Source: Raillietiella orientalis (lineage: Eukaryota). Taken from it: a DNA stretch of 64,000 bases. The notes below the pieces were generated by a model that did not search any database, was not told the origin of the DNA, and saw nothing but the letters and a program-made list of their open reading frames with translations. A program made the position numbers and the translations under genes. Below, one piece after another: positions 61,955 through 64,000 of this stretch. Every line of letters begins with the position of its first letter. Position 1 is the first letter of the stretch. Location of the stretch: positions 806,001 to 870,000 of the forward strand of contig JAYWIR010000026.1 in the NCBI GenBank assembly GCA_036172245.1. Direction: 5' to 3'.

Positions 61955-64000
61955 ATTTCAATCTCCGCCTGCTAACAGGTGAGCCGGAAACACAAGTGAA
62001 CGCGATGAACGAGTTGTGCGCCGCCATGCGTGCGCGCAACTTGTTCTCGGGTGAGAGGGGAATGGTCCGCAGCATCGACCACGTCTTCCTCGACGCTGCC
62101 CTGTGTTCACGGGTCGGCAAACGGGGGAGGGTTGCGTCAACGTTGTCGGACCATTTCCGGTTAATTTTCGAGATGCGGCCTCGCGACAAAGGACCGCCAT
62201 TCAGAGACTGGCGTCTGCCGGGGGACTGGACGCGACTCTCAGGTGCGAAGGAACACCTTCGCGAATACCTGAGAGGCGTCACGCTCCGGAATCTCCAAGA
62301 CTGGGACCTTTTTAAGGAATCGGTCCGGGAATTCTGCGAGCAGTTCCCCCTGGACCGCCTGCCCTCCGGATTCGGCGAGGGTCCTCGCAACCATCGGGCC
62401 TATTTACAGGCCCGTAGGTACGAACGAACCCCTAATGTCCGTCGCCTGGCCGAGTACCGCGCCGGGGCCGAACGCCAAGCCTGGCAATCCGGGTCGGCCA
62501 GCTTGCTGGACGACCAGGGCCGGGAATGTTCGTCCCCGGCGTCGGTACGGCATCTCGTGCGGAGCTATTATTCCTCCCTTTACGCCAGGGCGCCCCCGGA
62601 TCAAGATGCCTCTCGGCTCTTGCTTCCGGATGGTGCCCCGGCAATAGGGGAGGAGGAGTCGTTAAGCCTCGATGAGCCTTTTACCACCGGCGAAATTCTC
62701 GCCGGTATCAAAAGGCTCAAGAGGCGGAAAGCTCCAGGGGAAGACGGCTTGCCCGCGGAGTTCTATCAGAGCTTCGCGGTAGAGCTGGCACCCCTGCTGC
62801 TTCAGCTGACAAGGCTGATCAGAGACGAAGGCGATGTTCCCGCCTCGTTTCGGTCAGCCAGAGTGAGGCTCCTGCCGAAAGGGGGAGACCTCAGGGATTT
62901 AAAGAACTGGCGTCCGATCACGATCGTGAATACGGACGCCAAGTTGATCGCAGGGTTATGGGCTTAGCGTCTGGGGCAGGTGGCAGAATCCGTAATTAGC
63001 CCGGAGCAGACTTATGCTGTTCCCGGGCGAAGTATGGATGCCAACCTCTTCTTCGCGAGCACGTGGATGCACGCGCAGAGGTGTCAAAAGGAAGGGAAAG
63101 GAAAAATCGGCAACCCCACTTTGGGGCCGCCAGCAGGGCAGGGAATGGATTCCCGGGCGGGGAAGGGGGCCTTAGCGCTCGCAGTCGATCTCCATAAGGC
63201 GTTCGACTGTGTTGACCAGGGGCTTTTGTTGGAGCTCCTGGGTCGCATGGGCTTCCCACCCTCCTTGATCAACTACCTGCGCTCCTGCTGGCGCCATGCG
63301 ATAGTTTCCGTCTCTTTCAGCGGTCAGAAGGTGCATGGCGTGCCGGTGCGGCGGGGCATCAGGCAGGGAGATAGCCTGAGTCCCCTGCTCTTCAGCACCT
63401 ACTTTGAGTTGGTGCTGAGAGCCTACAGGGTGACTTTGGCCTCCTTGCCTAGCTCGTGTCCCGGCACGCCCGCCGTAGCAGCCTATGCCGACGACCTTCT
63501 GCTCCTGTTACCTATGTCCACCCCGGCGAAGGCGGTCGGAGACTTCTTCGATCTCCTCAGCCGTGGGACCGGACTGCAGGTCAACAGGGCGAAGTCGTCG
63601 GTGGTGCCAGTAGGTGCGGCGTGGGCAGGGCAGCAGGACTGGGTCCGTCTGGGGATCCCCACGGCCAGGTGCCTCAAGTACCTTGGTGTGCCGTTGGGTG
63701 ACTACTCCCCTGCGGAAGCGTGGTCCAGCTGTCTTCCAAAAGTCGTGACGGCGATCGGCCCGTTCCTGGAAGGCAAGTTTCACTTGCCGGAACGGGCCGC
63801 GGTTTGGAACGCCTTCGCGGCCCCCATCCTCCGCCCCTTGCTTTTTGTTTGCCCCGCCCCCAGAGAATGCAAAAAGAGGACGAAGGACCTCCTCCGCATC
63901 GCCCTTTGGGGCAAGGGGAGGCCCCGAGTCCCTCTGCAGGACTTGTGCGCTCCGCGTCGGGACGGCGGCCTTGACCTCCTGACGCTGGAGCGCGTGGAAA
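61955..64000 (+). mobile_element. Family E ORF2 continuation (endonuclease end and RT), runs off window
   Basis: Resumes FNLRLLTGEPETQ exactly where 50133 stopped; TAG at 62965; DLHKAFD, QGDSLSP, YADD. Confidence 0.95.

Overview
Eukaryotic DNA, organism not determinable from the sequence (short 50-90 nt GT-AG introns suggest a compact invertebrate genome). About 75% of the window is a nest of L1/Tx1-type non-LTR retrotransposons. ORF1 carries two CCHC knuckles; ORF2 is APE endonuclease + YADD reverse transcriptase + C-terminal CCHC. I distinguish roughly 9-10 related families and label them A-J (my own labels). The most striking signal is that these families insert into one another at repeated, nucleotide-identical positions, mostly in conserved coding motifs. 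A inserts in the endonuclease GDFN codons (9-bp TSD ATTTCAATC, three insertions). D inserts antisense in the RT DLHKAFD codons (two host families). B inserts antisense at the endonuclease FD codons (two host families). G inserts antisense at ORF1 CSVVV. Between 43.8 and 64 kb the nesting closes a cycle (A into E, E into D, D into A), and uninserted copies mostly carry synonymous variants of the target sites. Only one ORF2 is intact (52134-55727). The window also holds a large inverted duplication (about 2054-14871 / 26641-39458, x+y=41512, 11.8-kb spacer). Its 8-kb element-free core appears to encode two divergent paralogous small secreted Cys-rich proteins. All alignments were made by eye, so family assignments and some junctions are approximate.
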